From Haliotis rubra (taxonomy: Eukaryota): a stretch of DNA of 62,750 bases. A model generated the notes under the pieces. It was not told the DNA's origin and did not search any database. It saw only the letters and a program-made list of their open reading frames with translations. Positions 10,883 to 24,200 of this stretch are shown here, in pieces. Where the stretch lies: the NCBI RefSeq assembly GCF_003918875.1, contig NW_025766155.1, forward strand, positions 1-62,750. The letters are read 5' to 3'. Numbering within the stretch: the stretch's first letter is position 1; each line of letters begins with the position of its first letter. The position numbers and the translations under genes were made by a program.

Positions 10883-13800
10883 ATGCAGCTGAAAGATAAA
10901 GTAGTGTTCATCACCGGCGGTGCACAGGGATTCGGAAGGGCGTGGCTGAAGCAGTATTGAAGAAAGGTGCAAAGGTAAATATGTCTTATTCAGTTCATTC
11001 TGAAATGCATCCAAAGCAAAACAGCTTATTTACAGAGAGTATTATATGATATGAGTGGGGTGAGTGAGTAACATTCTGGCAATATCACGGTAGGGGACAC
11101 CAGAAGTGGACTGTATTCATTTCACCCATATGGGGAATCAAGAACCAACACTATGTAGATGACGCATGTTGTCTTTGTTTGTTGTCTCGAGACAACAGTT
11201 TGATTCTCCGGTTCGATTCTGTGGGTTGAATTTGTACTTATCTCCCAAACAGCACATTGCCTGTCTGTTACCCCAAAGGTAATAAAGTGTATTATGAATT
11301 ACGCTGTCATCAAAACCTTTCCATACATATGAAATCCAAGAAGGGACATAAGCCTTTACAAATACAAGCAAGAAATGTCAAAATTGACCAAAGCGAGATA
11401 ACATCACAACATTCTGGCCATTTATCGCATTATCGCTATATCACATTATCGCCCTTCTGTAAACAAAAATTAAAATATTTATCCTAAAGCGACAATGCGA
11501 CGAAGGGCACAAATGATTCGTAGTCGCATTGTCGTATTTTTGTGACGCTTTAGTTAATTTTGACACTTTGACAAGGATACCATATACACTGTTTTAGACA
11601 TTACGAGTTGCAATGCCTGGATACCATTCTTATCAGGTCGATTACTCCGATACGATACATCTCAGTGTGGAGACCTGAGTCCGCTTCTGATGATGAATAA
11701 ACGATAGGGATGCCTGGGTTCAGTCAGAAGTTGTCTTCTGAAATGATTCTTGAGTTCTGTACCACCTCGATTCAGAACTGTGTATCTTTTCACAGGATTA
11801 ACGTTACATTAAAAAAATATAACCTGAAGTAAATTCTGTTGGATGTCGATGCCATAGCGCTCAGAATTTGCATGAAGCATAAGAACAATATAATCACGTT
11901 GCATTTTGTTTTGCATTCGAAATTCCTAAATTACATTTGTTTTCAAGATACAAATGTGTTTTGGAGGTGTTCTCAGATCTTCAGACATCATATTTCCATT
12001 TCCGGCCAGGTTTGTATCGCAGATGTCAAGAGGGATCAAGGGATGGCAACGGCCAGGGAACTACAAACTTCCAGTGGAGCTGATAATGTCTTCTTTGTGA
12101 AGTGTGACGTGACAAATGTTGCTGAATTTGAGGGTGAGTTTAGTGGCATGGCCATGCTAATGTTATAATGGTTGCAGATGTAGCGTTGACGACAGCCGAT
12201 GTGTTTACATTTAGTTCTGATTTCGTAGAACACGGCTCCAACTCAATCATATATATCTACATAGGTTGCCCTTAATACATATGAACGTATATGCATGACT
12301 TTTTTGTCCAGATGCTTTCAAAGCTGCCGTCTCGAAATTTGGTCATGTTGATGTAATGTGCAACAATGCAGGCATCATGGATGAACGGATATGGGAAAAA
12401 CAGCTGGAAATCAACTTCGTAAGTGTTTGTCATATTAGTATATACGATATACCATACATCCGTTCATAGGCCCACAGAATTGCTTGTTGTGGTTGGAGCG
12501 TGCGCCCGGAGAGCGGAAGGTCGCGGGTTCCATCCCCGACCGCGTCATACCAAAAGACGTTAAAATATGGTACTTGTTGGTCCCTGCCTGGCGCTCGGCA
12601 TTAATGGGTACAACAAGGACTGGTCGGCCCGGAGTCAGTATAATGTGTCTGAGTGGGGTATTCATGCTTCACTGCGGCATGGTATCTCAGTGGGCTAGCA
12701 CTATATAACCAGCTTCAGTCTGGGCTAGTACAAGCAGCCACACGCATGCACGTCGTCATATGAGCTAAATATTCTCAAGCACGACGTTAAGCCCAATTTC
12801 ACCTCACCTCAACTCACAGAATTGCTAAATAGTAATGCTCATAGTAACTGTACATCCAGTAACAGATTGTCTATTGTTTACTTGGGAGGGTCACCTCTCT
12901 CTCCATTAAAGGATTTACGAATTTATAATGGCTTAATTGCTGTCTGTGTTCAGACAGCTGTTGTTCGGGGGGACCATGATGGCGCTAAATCACATGAGGA
13001 AGGATAAAGGGGGAAGAGGCGGCGTCATCATCAACACTGCGTCATTGGCAGGTATGAGGTAGTCATGCTTGTCCATGAATGTGCATTATACTGGGTCGAG
13101 ATAAGGTGTTAAGGCTGGTCTGTGTGTGGTGGAATGGTTTGAGTGATGTTGGAGGAGGAGGAGGAGTCCTTCTTTCCTTGACTTACCAACCGCAATAGCG
13201 AAGATCCGGGTTTGAACTGCTCTTGCAGCCCGTGCTTGTCAAGGCGTCAAATGGTCGGATGGTCAGGTTACCTGACTCTCATGTCATCGTATCTCGTTGG
13301 TTCATAATGATAGTCGGTGGATTGTCTGCCGACCGCAGACTTACTTAACTGGAAAATAAATACTGAACAAACGACAAAGTAGTTCTCGTCACAAGGTTGC
13401 ATTACATAGTGTTTATGAAACGCCTCAAGCAGTTACATGAATAAGAAATCCTTACGCATTAACGGTTAATCTTTCTTTCACTCTTTATTAAGGTTTGGTG
13501 CCTACAATGTGGTTCCCTGCTTATGGAGCCAGTAAGAGCGCTGTTTATCACTTCACGTCGAGTTGGGCAGTAAGTTAATTTTAAACGTTTCTTGCAATCT
13601 ACATAATGTGCTTTCATTTCGATATATTCTGAATCATCAATATGAATCTCGAGATACATGACCAGAACCTGTCTTCTGTTGGAATGAACAACGCGTTGTC
13701 TCTACTAGTGCTGATGAAACTAAATGAGTGTGCAAATGCAATATGATGTAAATGTATAACGTATACAGTGTAACAGAAATTATTCCGTGTCGATTATATG

Positions 13801-15993
13801 GTCAGCAGTTATAATTTGCAATTACTGGTCGTGTTAGTGAAACAATGACAATGTTACCCCATGCAAATTGAATGACTATGCCCTGTGTAGCTATGGCTGA
13901 AATATTGCTGATGTGACGTAACTCATTCACACTGAGTAATGCCATTGTTTCTTCAGCAAAACCCTGACATGAAGGCTGCCGAAGTTCGACTGGCCAGTAT
14001 CTGCCCTATGGGTGCTAAGACGGCTCTTATGGACTTAGATGAAGACCAGATCGTACAATATGCACACTTCAAGCAGACTATGGAACGTACTGAGTATTGC
14101 ACGTAAGCATTTATGCTTTTTACATAGAAACTGAAGAAAACCAATGTGATGAAGCCTTTTGTAGTGTACTGATGTAATCCCCGACCTCTGACGCGATATC
14201 GTCCGGTTATGAAGTTATATCAACACAATCTGTTCAATGAAAGGTTTTAAATCTGTTGTGGTCTATACGCAGCAACGGTAACCATGGGTAGAGGAGTACA
14301 ATAACGATGTACATGAAAACAGTTGCCATTGGTATATATGTTTCATTATGTCTGACTGCCTGAAAAAGGTAATCAAAGAGTCGAAATTTAATACACCTCC
14401 AGGACCTGATGGTATTCCAAACCGGCATTGGAAAATGATCCCTTGTGTCCAACCATCATTACGTCACTGTTTGAATTCTCTCGTGGAGAAGTAGAAAAAA
14501 GAAAGGTGACTGAAAAAGGTCCGCCCCATTACGTGCCTGAATATACAATAGAAAGTATTTACAGGGTGTCTTAGAGATTTCGTGTCATCCTACTGCTCCT
14601 CCAATGCCTTTATTTACATGGAATGGAAAGGAGCCAGAAATGGATGTTTGGGTTGCAAGGATCAATTGTTGGTTTAAACAAATTATCCTTGACTACTGAG
14701 CGCTTATATTTCTGTTCCTCGCGAATAGATTTTAAAGTCACTAGAAGGTATTGACCCTCCTGAGGGACTACTTGTTTTACTCAAGTCTTCAATGATTTGC
14801 TGGTCAACTAAACTTGAAATGTATTCGCAATGGCATGTGCTGACCTGACTTGAAGTGGTTGATAATGGAGATTCAACACTGAACAAATAGGAACATTTCA
14901 AATCTGAAACGTGGCAAAGATAGAAGAAGTGGGGCTGGGAGTGGGGGTGGGGGTGGGGGGTTTATTTTTTTTGACAGTTGTTGACATCTCGTGTATTTAC
15001 TTGGGGATGCAGGTTAGAGACGAACTGCAGCGTGCCCAACATTCGGGCAGAATAGAAATCCAGACTTAAAAACATCTGGAGTTCAGAGCCGACCGCTCGC
15101 AAATACTAATGCTGTGCCCTTCCTTTCATATTCTTTTGGTGTTGTTGGTTGGGCGAAACAAGAAATTAAGAGTGTTGACACTCTCACAAAATAACATCGT
15201 GACAGAAAATAGACCCCAACACCAATACTTTTACCTCAGTTGCGTGTATTTATCAATTAAAATGGGTGGGCGTGATTTGATTAAAGTGGGGGCTCCTCAT
15301 GACAGAAATTTTATTGTTCACTTTTGTACATAATTATTTGTCCGATGATCCTCTTGTGAAACATGTCAAAACCCATGCTGAAAACAAGGTCGTTTCACAG
15401 CTATCTAATAAGAGCTACTGGCGTTGGACAGAATCTGAATGGAAGTGCTCTGTACTGTTTGCCGGTACAGAAACAAGTGTCAGCCCGATCTTTCGTATTT
15501 TACCTCTTGTTGGTAAATTAGGGAATTGGTATTAGACGACACCAAATCATCGGCATGAAATTTATGATAAATTGTCTTGAACAAAGTTACTTTTTACCGT
15601 TGGTATTCCGTCCTAACTTCACTTCTTGAATTGTTTTTGGCTATATGATTTTGAACATCATCAGTATCCACAGACACTGAATATACTCAACACACTTTTC
15701 TAAAATAGGACATGTTCGTCAAAGCGTTCACTATGATTGTCGTAAGTCATTATGTGAGTAACGATTGTCTTAGCATTACGATCGTTTTGTGGAAAGGGGC
15801 TCTGAACTGACGTAATGTGTTAATGTAACATTGTAACAGTGTTAGTATAATGTTTATGTGTTTCAGGGTAGACCAGGTGGTTAGCGCATTCCTGATGGCA
15901 ATGGAGGACGACACCATCAACGGCATAGCCCTCACAATCAGAGCCAAAGAAGGTGTGGAGAAGAAGAAGTTGAGCATGGTCCCGGTGGAATAA
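10883..15993 (+). CDS. HPGD: HPGD-like classical SDR, copy A (7 coding exons, ~256 aa)
   Basis: GT-AG exons 10883-10974, 12010-12133, 12312-12418, 12954-13051, 13493-13569, 13957-14102, 15867-15993(TAA). Motifs: MQLKDKVVFITGGAQGFG, VCIAD, CDVT, NNAG, NTAS, YGASK, ICP. A -1 (exon 1) and a +1 (exon 4) change relative to the paralogues both lie in G runs, probably read errors. Confidence 0.88.
12485..12814 (+). mobile_element. tRNA-derived SINE family A (V-domain-like core, tentative) in copy A intron 3
   Basis: tRNA-like head, gtcataccaaaagacgttaaaatatggtac core and (cacct)n tail. 12-bp TSD cacagaattgct at 12473-12484 and 12815-12826. Confidence 0.9.
13199..13330 (+). mobile_element. SINE family B, degenerate (copy A intron 4)
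   Basis: gaagatccgggtt...ggtcagg...catgtcatcgtatc...ggattgtctg; a counterpart sits in copy C intron 4 at ~36863-36995. Confidence 0.55.
14395..14925 (+). mobile_element. Fossil non-LTR retrotransposon RT fragment in intron 6 (copy A)
   Basis: Homologous to 26950-27800; begins PGPDGI. Confidence 0.7.
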
Positions 15994-16154
15994 TACCACG
16001 ACACGTACCATACCACGACATCCCCCAACCCCACTCAAATACGAAACAATAGTATTGAAAGTTAGCAAAATATTGAAAACTATTACGTTTGATTTTGGGG
16101 TGCTTATTAGTGCTGAAGTGAACAAAATATTTTCCTTGTAACTGCCTCAGCTTA

Positions 16155-16393
16155 GTTTGTATGTATGTTATTTAACGTCGCTTTTAGCAAATCCCAGCTA
16201 TACGACAGCTGTCTTTAAATTAATCGAGTCTGGCCCAGACAATCCAGTGATCAACAGCATGTACATCAATCTTAGCAATTGTGTTACGATGACATTTGTT
16301 AACCAAGTGAGCTAGCCTGACCACCCGATTCCTTTAGTCGCCTCTTACAAGCATGGGTTGCTGAAGACCGACTCTAACCTGGATATTCACGGG
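16155..16393 (-). mobile_element. SINE family B
   Basis: Reverse complement of the family consensus (ttagtcgcctcttac..gcatgggttgctgaagac..taacctggatattcacggg). Confidence 0.8.
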
Positions 16394-16769
16394 TCTTAAA
16401 CGCCTAGCAGTTTTATTCAGGTTTACATCATTTAAACAGATAAACCAGTTAAAACGAAAAATATGTATAAAAAGATGGGTCTAAAGATAGCTATATACAG
16501 AGCTTGGAATCTTTGTCATAAGGCAAACTGCACTAAACATATGGGAGATATGAGTGATTGTTGACATTTTGTGAATAAAACATATTACAACATCGTGTTT
16601 TGTCTCCGCGTTTAGTAATACTTGCGACATGTGCGTGTAGATATTCCGTATTGTTTTCTCTAACAACAAAAGTCGGAGGTTGAAATTTAATATCATGAAG
16701 ACCCGCCAAAGTCAATTTGTTTGCATCGAAATGATTTATAAATTGTTATGTTACATGATAGTGTGTTCA

Positions 16770-17232
16770 GGGGTTGTGGGGTAGCCTAATTGCCCTAATG
16801 GGTACAACTTGTGAAGCCCATTTGTAGTCACTGTGTTATGTCCTTAGGGACCGTTCATAATTTACGGCTTTGGGGTGGGGGTGGGGTGGTGGTGGTGGTG
16901 GTTTTGGGGTGGTGGGGGTGACTTTAAGGTGGGGTCACTCATTTTGTTCTGGGGAGCTGGGGGAGGGTTCATCAATGTATACACACGTACTGGGGGTTAA
17001 GCAATTTTGTACGTAAAAGTATGTTTGAAATTATGCTTACAAATTATGATTTTGAGTTAGATTTTGTACATGGCATGCAGGGGGGTCACATATTTTGTAC
17101 ATAAATTTTAGGGGGGGTAATTCACATTGTACATGCTTCTCCATAAAAATCAATCCCCCCCCCGGCTATAAATTATGAACGGTCCCTTAATGTTGCTAAA
17201 AGCGGCATATAATCCTGCATACTCCAGTCAGT
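16770..17232 (+). mobile_element. SINE family C split by a MITE insertion
   Basis: 5' half gggggtagcctaat..gtgaagcccattt precedes the MITE; 3' half ttgctaaaagcggc follows it. Confidence 0.6.
16847..17186. mobile_element. PIF/Harbinger-type (Tourist-like) MITE, 340 bp
   Basis: Perfect 18-bp TIR gggaccgttcataattta / taaattatgaacggtccc, with TTA on both sides. Confidence 0.85.
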
Positions 17233-17934
17233 ATTCAACTTAACTCCTCACGCTAAAGAATCATATTAATCTTACCAAACCTTGAGCTTATTTTTTTCAT
17301 CGAAAGAAGGTCGAAACCGTACAGGATCATAATCACGTGACAGAGCTCACGCCAGGACCATGTGACCAATATTCCCGTTGTTGACGTACATATCGACACA
17401 CCTCCATGCCTCCAGTCCTACTTGAATTATCTGTCGGTAGCGTCCGTTATGTCGTGGCCTACATTAAACGTGTGTAGGCATACATAGATATAAATATATA
17501 TATACTAGTATATATAGCCCTTAAACAATTAAAAGGTGTTATACGTCAACATTTTCCCAGCCATTTGTTGCAAGTCACATAGACATAGACCAAATACATT
17601 TTGTTGGTATTACGAACTCAGTTAAGTAGTTTTTGCACTGTCATTGTCGAGGTGAGCTTGGTATTTGCTTAACCCACTTTTGAATGTCAGTATAACATTT
17701 TGAGTTGAGGACATGTCACCAGTATTATCCTGTGCTTAAAGGTCTTGCCACTTTGTTAAATATCTGTGACATGAGCTTTTAGTCCAAGCGCGATATATGT
17801 GTAAGTTTTCTTAATACGGAAAGGGGTAGTGGTGTTGTGAGCTTTCGTAAGTGTTCTTCATATAATGCTATTAATATAAAATGTGTGCCTTTTAGAATTA
17901 ATGCATCTTTTGATGCATGTTCATTAAGATGTCT

Positions 17935-18260
17935 AACCGCCTAGTGCAGTAGTTAGAGCGCCCGCCTGGAGAGCAGGTTCGATCCCCGGCCGCATCATAC
18001 CAAAAGACGTTGAAATATGGTACTTGATTGGTCCCTGTCTAACGCTCGGCATTAATGGGTACAACAAGGACTAGTCGACTCGGAGACAATATGAGTGGGG
18101 TATTCATGCTTAAATGCGGCATTGTAGCTAGTGAGCTAGCACTATAACCAGATTAAAGTCTGGGCTAGTACAAGCAGCCACATATACACAAGCATGCACG
18201 TCGTCATATGAGCGAAATATTCTCAAGTCCGATGTTAAACTTCATTTTTACCTCACCCCA
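17935..18260 (+). mobile_element. SINE family A (diverged)
   Basis: Same head, core and tail as the 12485 and 40156 copies. Confidence 0.85.
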
Positions 18261-21255
18261 CCGTGATTGACAATTTGCACGTTAATGGTCATGCATTTCA
18301 CACAATTTAGATGTTTACATGTTCGTTGGGAGCATGATACTCATACACATGGTTTTGGAACGTGAAAAGCACACAAAGATTGTTCAGCTACCATCTGATC
18401 TTAAAACACTTTTGTTTTACCATGAATACTTAGTGCTACAGCTTGCTGAAAACCAGGATAGTGTAATGTTCACAGTTGAGTCTGGTTTCATCTGGGTAAA
18501 TCTAATAGTCGTAAAAGGGCCAACAGGCTCCCAGAGCGTTTGAGTGCCGCTTGTGCCACTCAACGCCGTCGGTTTAAGGGGTCGAAGTCGAATTATGTGG
18601 GGTGGCATCTCAACTTATATGAGAACACAACTCTTCATCATTACCGATGCAACATCGTTCGAAATCATGTTTTTCCCTTGGGCACATGCTTGAATGATCA
18701 TCTTGTGTCTTTAATGCTTCGTGGCTATCTCGCCTGTATCGACGAAAATGGTGGCCACTCCCGGTATTGACACTGGTACTTCTTTTAAGGCGCGTCGCAC
18801 CTTTTCCTTTTTCCAAGTAAAGATCTAGATTTAGTCAATGAATTCGTTGCGATAAAACATTCCTGTCCATATGAAGCATAATTACCATAATTAGAAGATA
18901 ACGCTACTCTTGTAAGCGTGAGGTTTTTAAATTGAACATTTAGCGGTCTTACATCAACTATAAAGGACCGCAAAATTGAAAACAGAGTAGCTTTATCTTC
19001 ATCCTAGCACGATTGATCAGCGTTTAAAACCGGAATCCTTGGTACGCAAGAACACAAGGCGTGAAGGGACCTTTTTCCTGGAGATTGCTTGGAATCGTCC
19101 AGCATATTTGTAAATCATACCATGGGCGTTGCAAAATGACCAATTCATGCCGTTGCATTCAAATTTCATCCGAATACTAAAACCATTTTATGCCCTTTTC
19201 AGAGATATCAAGGAAAGCAATCGTACAACATATTGTAGAAAAATGACATAAATTAAGAACGGTATCGTTCCGGTCACTAATTAACGTGCAACATGAACTT
19301 ATAAGGAACAATTTTCTCTTCCAATTGCATCTGGGCTGCGATAACGTGCAACGAACCTTATCATCCGATCCCGTTAGTCACCTCATATGACAAGCGTGGG
19401 TTGCTGAGCATCAGTTGTAAGCCGGATGACTGAAGCTGAATTACCTTAATTTGCTGAGCCTATTTTCAATGTAACCTGCCACAGTAATGAGTGAGTTAAT
19501 ATTTAGCGTCACACCGCAGTAATGATTTCATTTGCTCTTTATTAAGCTTAATTCGTGTTATTGGCCCCGACATATGCAGACAGTAAGAGCGATCATTCGA
19601 TCACTGGGCAGTCAGTGGATTTCAAATGTCTTTCGTTTCACTACAACCATGTATAAACACATGGTTTCATTATTACAATCCTCAACCCACCAATGTCTTC
19701 CTCTCTCTCCATCACACGTATGTATATACGTACGTATGTGTGCGTGCGTGCGTTTGTATCGATGCACACATTTCTGTGTTTGGATTAAGCAACATATCCC
19801 TCTCGTCAGTAGTTGAAACACGCAATTGGCCATATAAGCACTTACTGTTTGTATTGGAAATACTCAGCGAATGAGTGAGTGAAGTTTAAGGCAGCTTTGA
19901 ATCCGCAATGAACGAAGATTTAAATAGAAGGATATATGATACACAATGAAGTATCACTTATCCACAGGAAAATTCAGACATGAAGTCAGGTCCGTAAATG
20001 TTTGTACACAAAGTCCTTGTAAACCCTAGCATATAAAAGATAAATACTCTTTTCAGTATCTGACAGCGTACGTTTACAGTGACTCGGGATATATGGAGGT
20101 AATTTCAATGCCTTTTGCCTAGTTTTTGGAACACGACAGTCCAAAGTTCAAAAGCCCGAGATGTGAATTCTTATCGTAATATCGAGAGAGGCTATATATT
20201 CACAAACACAGCGGGCAACGTTGTGAGTAATAATTACCAAGACCATCAACTGTTACGAGTAACAGTTCTGGATGAATGTTGTATAAAAACGCTGGCGTGC
20301 ATACACATACTCCGACAAGAGTATTTGAACTACTGTCCTACAGCCCCAGCTAAAAGCGAAGCATTGGTAGGTCAAGGTGAGAGATATTCTTTATTTGTCC
20401 ACAGCAAAACCTGCAAATCCAACCCGTGAAATTATCATTGTTTATTCCTCTAGTGGTGTTCTCATCTGGAGGCTTTTGAGTGTTTTCTAATGGTTATGTC
20501 GGGACGGAGCTCTGTAGAAGCGCCCATGATACTAGCGCGAGGAAGGTAGAAAAAGTGTACTGAAAAATCAAGATGGGTTTGGGAGAGGGTCTCCCCATAT
20601 GTTGTTTAAAGTGGGCATATTGCTTGTGAAAAGTTGTGTTCCTTTGTTGATTTCAGTTCGAATCGCATTTTCACATCACTTGATCTGTCAGCACAGTGGC
20701 CATGCCGTTAGTTACACCGATAAGTTTCCAGGGGAAGCACCACTTTGGTTTCCACATGGCATAACAGGGCGCACCATGATACATCTGAACTTGTCTTTAA
20801 CATGACGAGAAGCAAAACGCATTCACTCACCCGCAGTCTGATACATGTTCCATGTATAGTTCATATCAACGGGATAAAGGTGTATATTAAAATTAAATAT
20901 TACTAATTGTTGTATGATAGTTCAAATTTCTGTGTAGCCTGGTGGCTTTCACGTTACTAGTTTTGCAGTTGTTTACCATATACTCATGGAGACAAAAACA
21001 GGAACACCTGAAAGGACAAGTGTTCCTGTATTCTTTTCCAGAATTTCACCCACAGTGCAATACATACCTTGTGAAGAAACCTGGAAAAGAATAAAGGAAC
21101 ACTTGTACTTTTAGGTGTCCCATATTCGTTTCCATGAGTACATAATGTGTATTCAGCCCGACTTATTCATGTCCACTTATTACAGTCTCGCTGCACAGAA
21201 CGGTATGAGAATATATTATGCATGTATTGTTGCCACCAGCATACCTGTAGTAGAC

Positions 21256-24200
21256 ATGCAGCTGAAAGATAAAGTAGTGTTCATCACCGGCGGGGCACAG
21301 GGATTTGGTAAAGCCATAGCTGAAGCAGTATTGAAGAAGGGTGCAAAGGTAAAGATGTCTTACGCGCAGATCATTATGAAATGCAACCAAAGCAAAGAAC
21401 GATCTTCAGCATTTTTGTAAATAGTATTATATCGCATCGTGTTAAATAAGAGGAGTGAGTGATTGAGTAAGGACACAAATATACTCTGTAATAAACTGTC
21501 TTGCATGCATATATCAGGGCGCTTTGAAAATGTAGACAGAATAGCAACAATATGATAACGTAGTATTTTTGTTTTGCATTCGGAACTCCCATTTATATTT
21601 GTTTCCAAGATACAAATGTTTTTGGAGGTCTTCACATACAAACGTGGTTTTGCGTTTGAATGAATGATCCAATTGTAGAGATTATAGTGAACTTATCAGA
21701 AACATGGCGAGTATAAGTAAGCAACTAGTATAAAAGTCTATATCTTCTTTGAAGGATCTGAAGAAAGAAGATATCCTGTCTGACATTATATTCCCATTTC
21801 CGGTCAGGTTTGTCTCGCAGATGTCAAGAGGGATCAAGGGGAGGCAACTGCCAAGGAACAACAAACTTCCAGTGGAGCTGATAATGTCTTCTTTGTGAAA
21901 TGTGACGTGACGAATGTTGCTGAGTTTGAGGGTGAGATACTAACTAGTGACGTCACCACGCTGGTGTTATTATAGCTGCAGATGGGAATCGACTTCAGTA
22001 ACTGTTACGCCTGTATCTGGAGGCTCAGGTGGTCATAATGTTGCATAATGTCCTTGATATTCAACAAACCTAGGGCTATAAAATCTCCACGTTGCGTTGA
22101 CGACTGGAGATTTGTTTACCTTCAATTTTCGTTATCTGTAATGGTTGCCTTAAATAAATATGTAGGTATATGCATGACCTTTCTTTGTCTAGATGCTTTC
22201 AAAGCTGCCGTCTCGAAATTTGGTCATGTTGATGTAATGTGCAACAATGCAGGCATAGTGGACGAACGGATATGGGAAAAAGAACTAGAAATTAATTTCG
22301 TAAGTATTTAAATATTTGTCATATGAGTATGTACTTTATTTCATACATCTGTTCATAAGCCCAGAGAATTGCAATGGTTATTGGTTTCCGTACAGACACA
22401 ATGTTCACTCCCGAAATTTGACCGGACATATACTGACTGAGTCAAAATAACAACTTCACAATTTATATTTGTGAATAAAAACAGGAACGGTTATAGTCAA
22501 CAGTTTTCCCCAAGTATCGACACAAGAAAAAACTCACCACAGCACATTGAAGTCAATCTAAACATCGTGCACCCCACAATATTGCTAAAACGTGTTTTTT
22601 ACGTGCCACTGGTCACGTGATCTTATCAGTGCACGTGCATTCGATCGCACATGTTCCCATCAACTGTACAAAGTGAAAAAACACTTTAAAGCACTAACAA
22701 GAACAGCCAGTTCTGGAAGCAGGAACGTCAGTAAGTGACGTTACAAGGACAATGGGGTGCAGCCGTCGGACTGTTTATGATTTACAGACTCGACTGCAAC
22801 AAACTGGCACCGGTGCTGATCGTCCAAGGCCAGGTTGACCACGTGTGACGTCATAGGCGTCAAATTGTGTTACGTCACCTCCGTAATCGTTTTTTGACGG
22901 CTACAGGAACCAGAAATAAGCTGTTTAGGGTCGATTGTCGGCACAAACCATCCAAACCGGCTGCGAGCTGATCACCTTCGTGGTCGACGACTATATCGCA
23001 GAACCATTTTGACGCCATTACATTTGCAGGAACAATGGCGCCGACTCCCCAATAATGTATTTACACGCATCAGACAGTCCATGAAGCGGCGTTGCTTGAC
23101 AGTTGTGAACGGGCGGGGTGGCCATACACGCTCCTGAACGTTTGAAACACCAGATTTAATGTCTTGTGACTTGACACTTTGTTTACGCCTTTTATTGACA
23201 AATTCTGTAATCACATTGAACCGATTTTTGGCATTGTGATTATCCTCAGTTCATCCTATCGACCTTAACAAAAAATGATAATCTGTATACCATATTCCTG
23301 TGTCATTTCCTTTATATATTATTGATTATATGATTGTGAAGTTTCTAGTTTGACTCAGCATAGTACATCATGTAAAGGACTGCTTATTATAAACTTGGGA
23401 CTGTCACTAACCATTATGAACTAAGGACTCCATGTTTATACTACTTTCATTGCTCTCTGCGTTCAGACGGCCGTTGTGCGGGGAACCATGACGGCGCTGA
23501 ATCACATGAGGAAGGATAAAGGGGGTAGGGGCGGCGTCATCATCAACACTGCGTCAATGGCAGGTATGAGGAAGTCATTCTTGTCAAGCAATGTCCGTGT
23601 TACTGGACAACAAGAATATCAAAGAAACAGTATGTAAAACTAGCATCTCTCTTTGAAATTTGACAGTATAGAAACAGGTTGTAGATCACCAGGAAATGAA
23701 GGTTGATCACCATACTAGGGACCATGTGGACTAACAGTACGTTTGCTACCTACGTGGATCCTAATAATAGTGATGTGTACATGTATATAGCACCAAACAC
23801 CACACCAGGTATGCTCATAGCGCTAACAATGAATACCACAGCACATTATTACCCCGGATAACCCTAGCTTGATGTATGTAATCTCTTTATCCGTTGGCGA
23901 CTGTACTCTAATTTAGCCATCATTCAAAATCACAAATAAACTAGGATTAAAATTCAGGTAGGCATAAAATTACTTTGAATGTTTCGGGAATTGCCTTCCC
24001 CTCAGGAGGAAAATAATTTTACAACACTTCACCTCTCCGTGAGGCCACCGCCACTAACAACCTCAATTGTTAATTTAAACTATCACCCAATTGCAAAACA
24101 TTTGTCTACATAAAACACATTTATCCATAATTCTATTTCGTTTGAACATGCAAACAATAAATGACCATGGACATTATTAAACTGATCTTACACTGTTTTA

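Noticed and set aside
12435-12708. ORFs overlapping SINE family A (also 34420-34674)
   Set aside because: Chance open frames in a non-coding repeat.
10935-12975. Compensating -1/+1 frameshifts or programmed recoding in copy A
   Set aside because: The intervening exons are conserved in the normal frame and both indels are in G runs in an evidently error-prone read.
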